From the NCBI GenBank assembly GCA_041855065.1, contig JBHADJ010000171.1:1-60180 (forward strand): a DNA stretch of 60,180 nt, read 5' to 3'. Below are positions 44,469 through 53,294 of the stretch, piece by piece. Under the pieces are notes generated by a model. The model saw only the letters and a list, made by a program, of their open reading frames with translations. It had not been told where the DNA came from and made no database searches. This stretch comes from Lysobacter sp. (GTDB taxonomy: Bacteria; Pseudomonadota; Gammaproteobacteria; Xanthomonadales; Xanthomonadaceae). A program made the position numbers and the translations under genes. Position 1 is the first letter of the stretch; the number at the start of each line of letters is the position of its first letter.

Positions 44469-44517
44469 GTTGTAGCCCGTGACGTCATCGTCCGTCGACT
44501 GACAACGTGGCTACAAC
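44469..44517. repeat. Imperfect long hairpin in non-coding DNA
   Basis: GTTGTAGCC...GGCTACAAC outer stem with further inner pairing (CGT/ACG, GTCA/TGAC). Confidence 0.5.
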
Positions 44518-44744
44518 GAAGTCAAACCAGTCCCCACCGCAGCTGCGGACACATCCCACCTGCTCTGTTCGCCGCCAACCATAGATTCCAAACCAACCCT
44601 GGCATCCTGAGCTTTATCAGCAATCCCTGATCTGGCGGTTTGGGCAGGGCAATTGTTCTTGACAACGGAATGAAATTCAGGCTCCATACATGTAGCCTCA
44701 TATGTGGCTAATCAAACTTGTTGAAGGATCAAGAAGCCTTGTTG

Positions 44745-45410
44745 ATGCAAATGAATGTAATTCGTGAGCTGTCTCTGGAGGAGCGCGCGCTTGTTTCTGA
44801 CGGGGCGCATGGCAATACAGTTGAATTTCCCGGAGTCGAAGTGCGACCAGAGGCTGATTATCCATCTGATCAGGAGCCTTACTGGGATCGTGGAGAGGAT
44901 TATCGTACTGAATCGACGCCTTATGATTGGGTTGATGCTCAAGCCGATAATTTTGCACGGCAACTTGTGGAGAAGATAAAGGCGGATCCTGCGTACAACT
45001 CTCGTGAAATCGGCGCGATCATCTATAAAGACTCTGTGACAGGGGAAATGAAGGTCAGTCCCTTGGGGTATGCGTCCTCGGGAAATCCTGGGGCGATTAG
45101 TTATCCGATAGATCAATGGGGAATATCGCCAAGTGAAATCATTGGAATTGTCCATTCGCACCCTACCGGGGTTTTCGATGAAAAATTACACTGGTTGAAC
45201 ATCTATCCGTCTGACGATCGAATTATCAATGGTGATAACTATGAGGGCGGCGACTGGAGAATGGCCGATATTCTGCGGGATCATGGCATGAATGCAGATA
45301 CGTTTCGTTACTACATCATCGGCCCTGACAACATCACGAGAGAATACGATTTCACAGATCGTGACGCCGAAACACCAGGAATTCCACTAACACCGGAAAG
45401 TAAACCATGA
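44745..45410 (+). CDS. Double-glycine-like leader fused to a JAB/MPN-like (DUF4329-like) domain; candidate toxin
   Basis: N-terminus IRELSLEERALVSDG; REIGAIIY, IIGIVHSHP and PS..GD; AT-richer than the flanks. Start is 44745 or 44751. Confidence 0.65.
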   Translation: MQMNVIRELSLEERALVSDGAHGNTVEFPGVEVRPEADYPSDQEPYWDRGEDYRTESTPYDWVDAQADNFARQLVEKIKADPAYNSREIGAIIYKDSVTGEMKVSPLGYASSGNPGAISYPIDQWGISPSEIIGIVHSHPTGVFDEKLHWLNIYPSDDRIINGDNYEGGDWRMADILRDHGMNADTFRYYIIGPDNITREYDFTDRDAETPGIPLTPESKP

Positions 45411-45814
45411 CTCCCGCTTTTCTGATTGCTGCTCTGCTCACGACAGCTGGCTCGGCAAATCCACCCGCCTCCACATTGACGGTGATCACGACGGAAGATG
45501 GTGTTCCAGCAAGCTCCTATCAGTCCAGTCATCACTTGAGATGTGGGGGAGTTGACTTCAGTATCTCGATTGATTCGCCCAAACCCGTGAGGCTGACGAG
45601 CTTGACAGTCAATGGAGAGTCTTTACCCGCAGCCGTTCTGGAGAGCATCAATTCCACATTGCCGAGGACATCATGGTTCAAGGAGGTCGTGTCATCTTGC
45701 ACCACCAGGGGGCAATCTCTGACGCTGATATTGAGCACGGACAGCTCATATGTAACTGTTCCGCTGGAGTTCGAGAACGGAAATTTCACCAATGCGGGTG
45801 AATATAGCCGATGA
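45407..45814 (+). CDS. Small exported protein; candidate immunity protein
   Basis: ATGA overlap with the upstream gene; signal-like MTPAFLIAALLTTAGSA; two Cys; beta-rich pattern. Confidence 0.6.
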   Translation: MTPAFLIAALLTTAGSANPPASTLTVITTEDGVPASSYQSSHHLRCGGVDFSISIDSPKPVRLTSLTVNGESLPAAVLESINSTLPRTSWFKEVVSSCTTRGQSLTLILSTDSSYVTVPLEFENGNFTNAGEYSR

Positions 45815-45824
45815 ATGGACTATT

Positions 45825-45863
45825 CTCCCGCCATCCCTTTTATGGGCGGATGGTGGGAGTTTT
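45825..45863 (+). terminator. Intrinsic terminator closing the two-gene unit
   Basis: CTCCCGCCATCC-N11-GGATGGTGGGAG (one G-U pair), then TTTT. Confidence 0.75.
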
Positions 45864-45949
45864 GACTAGCCACTTTCAAACCGTCTGGCGAGGCATGATG
45901 ATATGCCAAACCAAGTAAATGTTAACACAAGAAAAATAGACCTCCATAG

Positions 45950-46282
45950 ATGAATTGCGCCGAATGGATTCAAAATCGGCATGCAAGCGGTGTTCCAATT
46001 GAGTGTATTGCTGCGGAGGCATTGAGAGGGTCAATACAACTGCCTGGTGGAGTTGAGAGCATCAATGACCTGTTAGAGCAGATATCCGTTTCTTGCAGAG
46101 TGATGGCGGGCGCGCTACACCCGCGTACTGACTACGCAGGCCCGAACCACCGTCTGCGGGCGCTGATGTCAGGAGCTTTTGCTGCTGGCAGCAGACCCAT
46201 CGGGACAATCCGTGCCATCAAATGGATTCGCTTTTTGGACGTCAACAAGGCATTTTTTGGGTGTTCATCCGAGGATCTTTGA
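45950..46282 (+). CDS. Hypothetical ORF or gene remnant
   Basis: 110-aa ORF in the islet; no clear RBS and no recognised motif. Confidence 0.3.
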   Translation: MNCAEWIQNRHASGVPIECIAAEALRGSIQLPGGVESINDLLEQISVSCRVMAGALHPRTDYAGPNHRLRALMSGAFAAGSRPIGTIRAIKWIRFLDVNKAFFGCSSEDL

Positions 46283-46349
46283 AGTGGATCTGGTTTGAGA
46301 AACTCCATCTGGCTTCACCTCGGGTGAACAATCTATTGGGAAATTACAC

Positions 46350-47369
46350 CTACCGCCGCTGACGACGCTTTTGCGCCTTGAGTGCCTCCGCCAGCTCACC
46401 GGCCAGCTTCCGATAATTGCCAAGCCGCGCCGCATCCAGTTGCCCTGCATCAATCGCCGCACACACCGCGCAGCCAGGCTCGTGCTGATGGCGGCAGTCG
46501 CGGAAGCGGCACGCCCGAGCCAGCTGTTCGATATCGGCAAATGCCGCCGAATCCAGCCGCTCCTCGCCGGTCGGCTTCAATTCACGCATGCCTGGCGTGT
46601 CGATCAGACAGCCACCCTGCGGCAGGGAAAACAGGGTTCGATGCGTAGTGGTATGCCGCCCGCGCGCATCATGTGCCCGCACCGCACCGGTTTTCATGCG
46701 CGCTTCTCCCAATAGCGTATTGCCGAGGGTGGATTTACCCGCACCGGAGGAGCCGACCAAGGCCACCGTGCAGCCACCCCCGAGCCATGGCGCCAATACC
46801 GCCACGCTTTGCGCATCCTTGGCATTGACCTTCATGACGGCCACCCCCTGCTCGGCCAGCGCGGTCAATGCCATCAACGCAGCTGGTGCATCCTCGGCAA
46901 TATCCTGCTTGGTCAGTACCACTACCGGAGTAACGCCGCTGCCCTTGAGCAACAGCAGATATCGCTCGATCCGGCGTGGATTGAAATCCGCATCCAGCCC
47001 GGTCACCACGAAGGCTGTATCGATGTTGGCAGCAATCAACTGCTGGCGGTAATGCTCACCGGCAGCAGCTCGCTTGATGAGCGAATAGCGCGGCAACAAA
47101 GCCACGATCCGGGCACGGGCAGCCTCGCCCTCCACCAGCACCCAATCTCCAACGGTCGGGCGTTGCAATGGGTCGCAATGCCTTCGTTGCCATTCCGGCA
47201 ACGAATCGGCCGGATAGCACTGCGCGCTGCCATCTGCCACCACATAGCCGGAACGGTGCTGCTCCACTACTCGCACCGGCCTTGCCGCAGGATGTGCCTG
47301 CAACAAAGGAGCCCATGCCTCGGGCAATACCGAGGGCCAGCCAATGCGAGCCAGCAGCGACGTGTTCAA
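46350..47369 (-). CDS. rsgA: Ribosome small subunit-dependent GTPase A
   Basis: VGDWV, TKQD, GSSGAGKS, GRHTT, DTPG and CRFRDCRHQHEPGC; TTG start. Confidence 0.96.
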   Translation of the reverse strand: MNTSLLARIGWPSVLPEAWAPLLQAHPAARPVRVVEQHRSGYVVADGSAQCYPADSLPEWQRRHCDPLQRPTVGDWVLVEGEAARARIVALLPRYSLIKRAAAGEHYRQQLIAANIDTAFVVTGLDADFNPRRIERYLLLLKGSGVTPVVVLTKQDIAEDAPAALMALTALAEQGVAVMKVNAKDAQSVAVLAPWLGGGCTVALVGSSGAGKSTLGNTLLGEARMKTGAVRAHDARGRHTTTHRTLFSLPQGGCLIDTPGMRELKPTGEERLDSAAFADIEQLARACRFRDCRHQHEPGCAVCAAIDAGQLDAARLGNYRKLAGELAEALKAQKRRQRR

Positions 47370-47465
47370 GTGCAGGAAAAAGCAATCGTCATGGCGGCGA
47401 TTCTAGCTTGTCCACGGCGGCGGCATTGCCCTGCCAGCCGCCCGAGAAGTACTTGCCAAGCCCCA

Positions 47466-48035
47466 TCAATGGCCGTGCTTGTGGTTCGCTGCGCTCATCA
47501 TCAACTTGTCGGTATAGGCAATACCGATGGCCGACAGAATGAAGACGCAATGGATGATGGTCTGCCACAACACGCCCTGCACCGTGTAACTGGCGCCTTC
47601 AGCCCCCAGATTGCTGATGGCAATGAAGGTCTTGAGCAGGTGAATGGAGGAAATGCCGATGATGGCCATGGCCAGCTTCACCTTGAGCACGCTGGCATTG
47701 ACGTGCGAGAGCCATTCGGGCTGATCCGGGTGGCCATCCAGCCGCAGGCGGGATACGAAGGTTTCATAGCCGCCGACGATCACCATCACCAACAGATTGG
47801 AAATCATCACCACGTCGATCAGGCCGAGCACCATCAGCATGATTTCCTGCTCGCTCCACTCGGTGGCGTGACCGATCAGATGCCACAGCTCCTTCATGAA
47901 CAGGAACACGTACACCACTTGGGCAGCGATCAGGCCAAGATACAGCGGCAATTGCAGCCAGCGCGAGGCAAAAATGAGGCGCGGCAGTGGGTCGAGCCGG
48001 AAAGATTGCTGTGCGTTGGGATCAGGTTGGGACAT
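47466..48035 (-). CDS. TIGR00645/UPF0114 (YqhA) family membrane protein
   Basis: SRWLQLPLYLGL, GGYETFVSRL and ISSIHLLK. Confidence 0.92.
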   Translation of the reverse strand: MSQPDPNAQQSFRLDPLPRLIFASRWLQLPLYLGLIAAQVVYVFLFMKELWHLIGHATEWSEQEIMLMVLGLIDVVMISNLLVMVIVGGYETFVSRLRLDGHPDQPEWLSHVNASVLKVKLAMAIIGISSIHLLKTFIAISNLGAEGASYTVQGVLWQTIIHCVFILSAIGIAYTDKLMMSAANHKHGH

Positions 48036-48184
48036 GGAATCGCTCACGATGAAAAGCGCAAAGATTAGCCGCGCCTTGGCAAAAGGCAAAGCACGCCGTG
48101 CGGCACCTGCCAGCGACCCGCCCTGCAGCGGTTTTCGCAAGCAAGCACACGCCGCACACGGCTTTCATGCAGCGCAAAATGCAC

Positions 48185-49516
48185 TTATTCCAGTGCCACC
48201 CGGGGGCGCAGCCAGTAGAACAGGGCGATCGCCGGGACAATCAGCAATACCGTGAGGAAGAAGTACAGCGCATAGCCCAGCGCCAGATCGGAAAGCCCGA
48301 GGTTCAGCTCGAAGCGCGCCACCAGCCGCCCGCCCAGCGCGCCGACGTTCTCCACGATCCAGCCGGAGAATGCGCCCAGCAGCTTGCCCGGCAAGGTAAT
48401 CAGGGAGGAAAACAGGGCATATTGGGTGGCGGTGTAGCGCTTGTTGACCAGCGCCGAGAGATAGGCCACGGCCGCCGTGCCGAGGAAGCCTTGGGCCAGG
48501 TTCTCCCCGGAGATCACCAGCGTCAGCACGCTCAGATTGCCGTTGTTGAAAATCAGCAGCAGATACAGGAGATTGCTGAGCGCACCCAGCACAATCGCCC
48601 AGATCAGCGCACGCTGGATGCCCCAGCGCGCCACCGCGATGCCGCCGAGGAACGCCCCGCCAATGCCCACCCAGATGCCATACACCTTGGTGATCGCGGC
48701 AATCTGGCTCTGGCTGAAGCCCTGATCGAGATAGAACGGCCCGAGCAGGCCGCCAACCATCGCCTGATCGGAAATCTTGAACAGCAGCACGAACAGCAGC
48801 AGCATCGCCGCCACCTTGAAACCGAAGCGGCGGAAGAAATCAACAAACGGCTCCACCACGCCGACATACAGCGACTGCCGCCAGTTCTCCGTGGCGATGC
48901 GCTGGTTTTCCGGCTCGCGCGCCAGCAGCACGGCCATCAAGGGCAGCAGCAGGAAGGCCGCCAGCACCTTGTAAACCAGCGCCCAGGGCAGATGGTCGGC
49001 GAGAAACAGCGCGCCGGCACCGGTCAGCATCAGTGCGATGCGATACCCCAGCGAGTAGGTCGCCACCAGCGCCCCCTGCGCATTTTGCGGCGCGATTTCC
49101 ACGCGGTACGCATCCACCGCAATGTCCAGCGTGGCGCCGGCAAACGCCACTGCCAGCGTGATCCAGATGAAAGCGGCAAGATTGCCCGGCGTCACCCACC
49201 CCATGCCGAACAGCCCGGCCATTAGGATGACCAGCGCCAGCATCAGCCAGCTGCGGCGCTGGCCCAGCCGGTGCAAAAGCGGCAGGCGCAAGCGATCGAC
49301 CAGCGGCGCCCAGAGAAACTTCAGCGAATAGGCCAGCCCGGCACTGGCAATCAGGGTGATTTCCTTCAGCTCCAGCCCTTCCTTGCGCAGCCAGTAGGCC
49401 AGCGTGCCCGCCACCAGCAGGAACGGCAGCCCGGAAGCAAAGCCGAACAGGAACATCGTCCATGCCGAAGGCGCGGAAAACGCCTTCCATACCGACACCT
49501 TCTCACCGCCGCTCAT
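48185..49516 (-). CDS. ampG: AmpG-family muropeptide MFS transporter
   Basis: GFASGLP, KFLWAPLVD, GQRRSW, DIAVDAYR and YTATQYALFSS. Confidence 0.92.
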   Translation of the reverse strand: MSGGEKVSVWKAFSAPSAWTMFLFGFASGLPFLLVAGTLAYWLRKEGLELKEITLIASAGLAYSLKFLWAPLVDRLRLPLLHRLGQRRSWLMLALVILMAGLFGMGWVTPGNLAAFIWITLAVAFAGATLDIAVDAYRVEIAPQNAQGALVATYSLGYRIALMLTGAGALFLADHLPWALVYKVLAAFLLLPLMAVLLAREPENQRIATENWRQSLYVGVVEPFVDFFRRFGFKVAAMLLLFVLLFKISDQAMVGGLLGPFYLDQGFSQSQIAAITKVYGIWVGIGGAFLGGIAVARWGIQRALIWAIVLGALSNLLYLLLIFNNGNLSVLTLVISGENLAQGFLGTAAVAYLSALVNKRYTATQYALFSSLITLPGKLLGAFSGWIVENVGALGGRLVARFELNLGLSDLALGYALYFFLTVLLIVPAIALFYWLRPRVALE

Positions 49517-50334
49517 GCCTGCCACTCCGGCCAGTCATAGCTCACCAGCAGCGGCGCATGGTCGGAGAACTTCGGCTCGGCCAGCACCTCGGCCGCGCGG
49601 ATGGCCGGTGCCAGCCGGGGTGTCACCAATTGATAGTCGATGCGCCAACCCACATTGTTGGCACGCGCCTGCCCGCGCTGGCTCCACCAGGTGTATTCAT
49701 CCGCCACCTCGGGCTTGACCACGCGGAAGGCATCCTTCCAGCCCCCGGCCCGCGCGCGCACCAAGCCATCATGGCACTCGTCGTCGATCAGGCCGGACAG
49801 CCAGGCACGCTCATGCGGCAGGCAACCGGAGTTTTTCTGGTTGCCTGTCCAGTTCTTGATGTCGTTGCGACTGCGCACGATGTTCCAGTCCCCGCACAGG
49901 ATGTAATCCCGGCCACTGGTCAGCCACGTCTCCAGAATCGGCGCCAGCCAGCGCATCACGTCCTCCTTCACCGCCTGTCGCGCTTCGCCGGAACTGCCGG
50001 AAGGAATGTAGAAGCTGACCACCGAAAGATTGCCGAAGCGTGCCTCGATATAGCGCCCTTCCTCGTCAAAATCCTCGCGCCCAAGCGCGGTGCGCACCTC
50101 GTCCGGTGCCCGACGACTGTAGATGGCCACGCCGCTGTAGCCTTTTTTCAGGGTGGAATCACGGAAATGCGCGTGATAGCCCGGCGGCAACAGCTCCGGC
50201 ACCTGCAACTGCGCCGTCTGCGCCTTGGTTTCCTGCACGCACAACACATCCACTTCCTGCGCCGCGAACCACTCGAAAAAGCCCTTCTTGCCCGCCGAAC
50301 GCAGGCCATTGGCATTGAAACTCATCACCCGCAT
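49513..50334 (-). CDS. xth: Exodeoxyribonuclease III family AP endonuclease
   Basis: SFNANGLRSA, QETK, GYSGVA, GDWN, GWRIDY and SDHAP. Confidence 0.95.
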   Translation of the reverse strand: MRVMSFNANGLRSAGKKGFFEWFAAQEVDVLCVQETKAQTAQLQVPELLPPGYHAHFRDSTLKKGYSGVAIYSRRAPDEVRTALGREDFDEEGRYIEARFGNLSVVSFYIPSGSSGEARQAVKEDVMRWLAPILETWLTSGRDYILCGDWNIVRSRNDIKNWTGNQKNSGCLPHERAWLSGLIDDECHDGLVRARAGGWKDAFRVVKPEVADEYTWWSQRGQARANNVGWRIDYQLVTPRLAPAIRAAEVLAEPKFSDHAPLLVSYDWPEWQA

Positions 50335-50522
50335 CCGCGGCACCTCGGCTTGCAACAAACCGGGGATGATAGCCCACCGCCATCGGAAAGCCGATGCCGC
50401 TGCAAGACGCTTGTCGGCAAGCCTCGCCCGCGCAAGCGCTGCCGGCACGCCCTGGCATCGCATTCGCCAAAGCGCGGGCAGATGCGGCATCATCCGCACC
50501 CGACTTCCACAGGATTCACGGC

Positions 50523-51182
50523 ATGTCTGCTGATTACCGCACCCGTTTTCTTGCCACCGCACTCAAGGCCGAGGCGCTGCGCTTTGGCGAGTTCACGCTC
50601 AAGTCCGGGCGTGTCAGTCCGTATTTCTTCAATGCCGGACGTTTCGACTCCGGCGCGGCGCTGGCGGAGATCGGGCGTTGCTATGCCGATGCGGTCAACG
50701 CCGCGAACCTGCGCTTCGACGTGCTGTTCGGCCCGGCCTACAAGGGTATTCCGCTGGCCACGGCGGTGGCCTGTGCCTTTGCCGGCGAAGGGCGTGATGT
50801 GCCGGTGGCCTTCAATCGCAAGGAGGCCAAGACGCATGGCGAGGGTGGCAATTTGATCGGCGCGCCGCTGGCCGGGCGCGAGGTGCTGATCGTCGATGAC
50901 GTGATAACCGCCGGCACCGCCATCGGCGAGGCACTGGCGCTGATCGATGCGGCCGGCGGCCGGGTCTGCGGCATCGTCATCGGCCTTGACCGGCAGGAAA
51001 TCGTGCGCGAGGACGATTCGCGTTCGGCCGCGCGCAGTGTGGCCGAGGCACATGGCATCCCGGTCATCTCGGTAGCAAACCTTGCCGACCTGCTTGATTT
51101 TTCCGCGCAAAAGCCCGAACTTGCGCAGTATCAACAGGCATTGCAAGACTACCGTGCACGCTTTGGCGCACGCTCGGCCTGA
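50523..51182 (+). CDS. pyrE: Orotate phosphoribosyltransferase
   Basis: FTLKSGRVSPYFFN, FGPAYKGIP, KTHGEGG and VDDVITAGTA. Confidence 0.97.
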   Translation: MSADYRTRFLATALKAEALRFGEFTLKSGRVSPYFFNAGRFDSGAALAEIGRCYADAVNAANLRFDVLFGPAYKGIPLATAVACAFAGEGRDVPVAFNRKEAKTHGEGGNLIGAPLAGREVLIVDDVITAGTAIGEALALIDAAGGRVCGIVIGLDRQEIVREDDSRSAARSVAEAHGIPVISVANLADLLDFSAQKPELAQYQQALQDYRARFGARSA

Positions 51183-51203
51183 TCGTCAATCACAGGGATT
51201 CCC

Positions 51204-51872
51204 ATGCACATCGCTTATCGCTGCGCGGCATTGGCCGCTCTCGTTTTCATCGCGACACTGCCCGCGACCGATACCCTGGCGCAGGGCAAAAAGCTGTATT
51301 GCTGGGACGAAGGCGGACGCCGCGTCTGTGGCGATGCGCTTCCAGCCAGCGCAGTGGACAAATCGCGCACCGAGTTCAGCGGCCAAAGTGGCCTGCCGCA
51401 GGCACGGGTTGGCCGCTCGCTGAGCGAGGCCGAGCAGGCCGCCGCCGCCGCCGCCGCTGCGCAGCAAGCAGAAGCTGCGCGACGCGCCGCTGCCATCGAA
51501 CGCAACACCGCCGCGCTCAGCGAAAGCTACAACACCGAGGACGACTTGCGCCGCGCGTTTGCCGAGCGCTACGAGCTGCTGGACGAAGGCATCAAGGCCG
51601 CACAATCGGCCATCGAAAGCCAGCGCCGCAGTCTGCTTGAGCAATTGCAGGCCGCCGCCAACATGGAACTTGCGCGCGGCAAAGTCAATGAGCGACTGGC
51701 CCAGAACGTGCAAAGTCAGCGCCGGGCGCTGGAAGATGCCTTGCGCGGACTGGCTCGTCAGCAAAGCGCCCGCGCAGCGCTGGATGGCGAGCTTGCCGAT
51801 GCGCTGGCACGTTGGCGCAAGGCGCGCGGTCTGCCGGAAACAGCACCCGGCACCCCCGCGGCGCAGCCCTGA
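51204..51872 (+). CDS. Exported coiled-coil hypothetical protein (DUF4124-like N-terminus)
   Basis: Signal peptide; KLYCWDEGGRRVCGD; long helical C-terminus. Confidence 0.75.
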   Translation: MHIAYRCAALAALVFIATLPATDTLAQGKKLYCWDEGGRRVCGDALPASAVDKSRTEFSGQSGLPQARVGRSLSEAEQAAAAAAAAQQAEAARRAAAIERNTAALSESYNTEDDLRRAFAERYELLDEGIKAAQSAIESQRRSLLEQLQAAANMELARGKVNERLAQNVQSQRRALEDALRGLARQQSARAALDGELADALARWRKARGLPETAPGTPAAQP

Positions 51873-51881
51873 GAGCCTCTC

Positions 51882-52622
51882 ATGCAGCATTCCATTGATC
51901 TTGGCGAAGTCGAGCTGCACGCTTTCCATTGGGACAATTTCGATCGCAACATGCTGGCGGCTCATCAGCGAGTCATGCAGCACTTGGGGCTGGAGGTTCG
52001 CTACTGGGAAGAAAACATTGCACATGGACAATGGCTTGACCGGGTCGTCGGCCAGGCACGCAGCAAGGTCATCGGCATCATCGAGCCGGATCTCATCCCG
52101 CTCTCGCGTCAGGCCGTGCAGGAAGCGGCGGACTATGCCTGGCAGAACGACAGCTTCATCGGCTGTGCCCAGGCCTCCAATCACATCCATCCGGCCAGCC
52201 ACATCTTTGCTTCTCCGGCTTTTTTCTTCATCACGCCAAGCGCCTATGCCCGCCTTGGCCGGCCTTCGTTCATGCCGAACAAGCGCGGTGACGTGGCGGA
52301 GGCGCTTAGTTTCATCGCCGAGCGACGCGGCATCCGCTATCGCACCTTGTTCCCGACCTGCTTCGAGCGCGAGCCGCGCGAAGGCGCTTGGCCGCTTGGC
52401 TCATATGGGTTGTACGGTGTCGGCACAGTGTTCGCCGATCGGGTTTACCACCTGTTCCAGAGCCGTTACGGCGACAATGCGGCGCTGTTCGTGCGACGTT
52501 GCGACGAGCTGATTGCCGGCAGCTTTTCCACGGCCGGTTTCCATGATTCCCGTGCGCTCGATTTTCCCGGACGCGTGGTGCCGGTCAAGCGGCCTCGCTG
52601 GTATCTGCGGCCATTCATGTAA
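51882..52622 (+). CDS. Hypothetical protein, possible GT-A-fold glycosyltransferase
   Basis: HGQWLD..VIGIIEPDLIP resembles a DxD-type segment; ends with YHLFQSR. Confidence 0.5.
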   Translation: MQHSIDLGEVELHAFHWDNFDRNMLAAHQRVMQHLGLEVRYWEENIAHGQWLDRVVGQARSKVIGIIEPDLIPLSRQAVQEAADYAWQNDSFIGCAQASNHIHPASHIFASPAFFFITPSAYARLGRPSFMPNKRGDVAEALSFIAERRGIRYRTLFPTCFEREPREGAWPLGSYGLYGVGTVFADRVYHLFQSRYGDNAALFVRRCDELIAGSFSTAGFHDSRALDFPGRVVPVKRPRWYLRPFM

Positions 52623-52658
52623 GCACGGCCCGACACGGTTCGCTTCACCGTCGCGCCA

Positions 52659-53294
52659 TCACAAAGTGTCGCGATTGCGTCCGATCCACGGTCGATACCA
52701 CTCGCGCAGGCGTGCCATGTCCGCGTCCATGTCATCGCTCATCCGCAAAGCCTGACCAATCCCCATTACCTTGTCCGGGTAGTGGAAATACATCGGGATG
52801 ACCGGCACATCGGCACCCTGGGCAAGTTTCCAGAAGCCGGTTTTCCACTTTTCCACGCGCTTGCGCGTCCCCTCCGGGGCAATGCCGATCCACAACTGGT
52901 CGGCATCGCGCAAGGTCGAAATGCTTTGCACCACGAAGCCGCCCGGTGCGCTGCGGTCAATCGCGATCACGCCGAGTTTGCGCAGCAGCCAGCCCAGCGG
53001 CCCCCAGAACAATTCCTTTTTGGCCAGAATGCGCAAATCCAGCCCCATGGCCAGAAGCGCGGCAAAGCCCCAGATGCCATCCCAATTGGAAGAATGCGGT
53101 GCGCCGATCAGTACCGCCTTGGGAACATCCGGGAATGCGCCTTCCATCCGCCAGCCGGCCAGCTTCAGCAGTTGCCGCGCCGCACCGCGGATCAGCGGAT
53201 TGACCTTGCGGCGCGGCACCTGTGGCGGCAAGCCGAGTACGACGCCGTCACGCAAGGGAGTTTGCGGATGCGAGGGTGGCAAGTGGGTATTCAT
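52659..53294 (-). CDS. PlsC-family acyltransferase
   Basis: APHSSNWD (HX4D), IDR and APEGTR. Confidence 0.92.
   Translation of the reverse strand: MNTHLPPSHPQTPLRDGVVLGLPPQVPRRKVNPLIRGAARQLLKLAGWRMEGAFPDVPKAVLIGAPHSSNWDGIWGFAALLAMGLDLRILAKKELFWGPLGWLLRKLGVIAIDRSAPGGFVVQSISTLRDADQLWIGIAPEGTRKRVEKWKTGFWKLAQGADVPVIPMYFHYPDKVMGIGQALRMSDDMDADMARLREWYRPWIGRNRDTL

Noticed and set aside
44469-44517. Integron attC site
   Set aside because: Arms read GTT...AAC, the reverse of the RYYYAAC...GTTRRRY order, and no integrase is present.
44808-44850. TonB-box-like segment (NTVEF, GVEVRP) after the leader of the JAB-like protein
   Set aside because: Motif too short and degenerate to support by eye.
51438-51455. 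(GCC)6 microsatellite as a phase-variation site
   Set aside because: In-frame trinucleotide encoding poly-Ala; slippage would not shift the frame.
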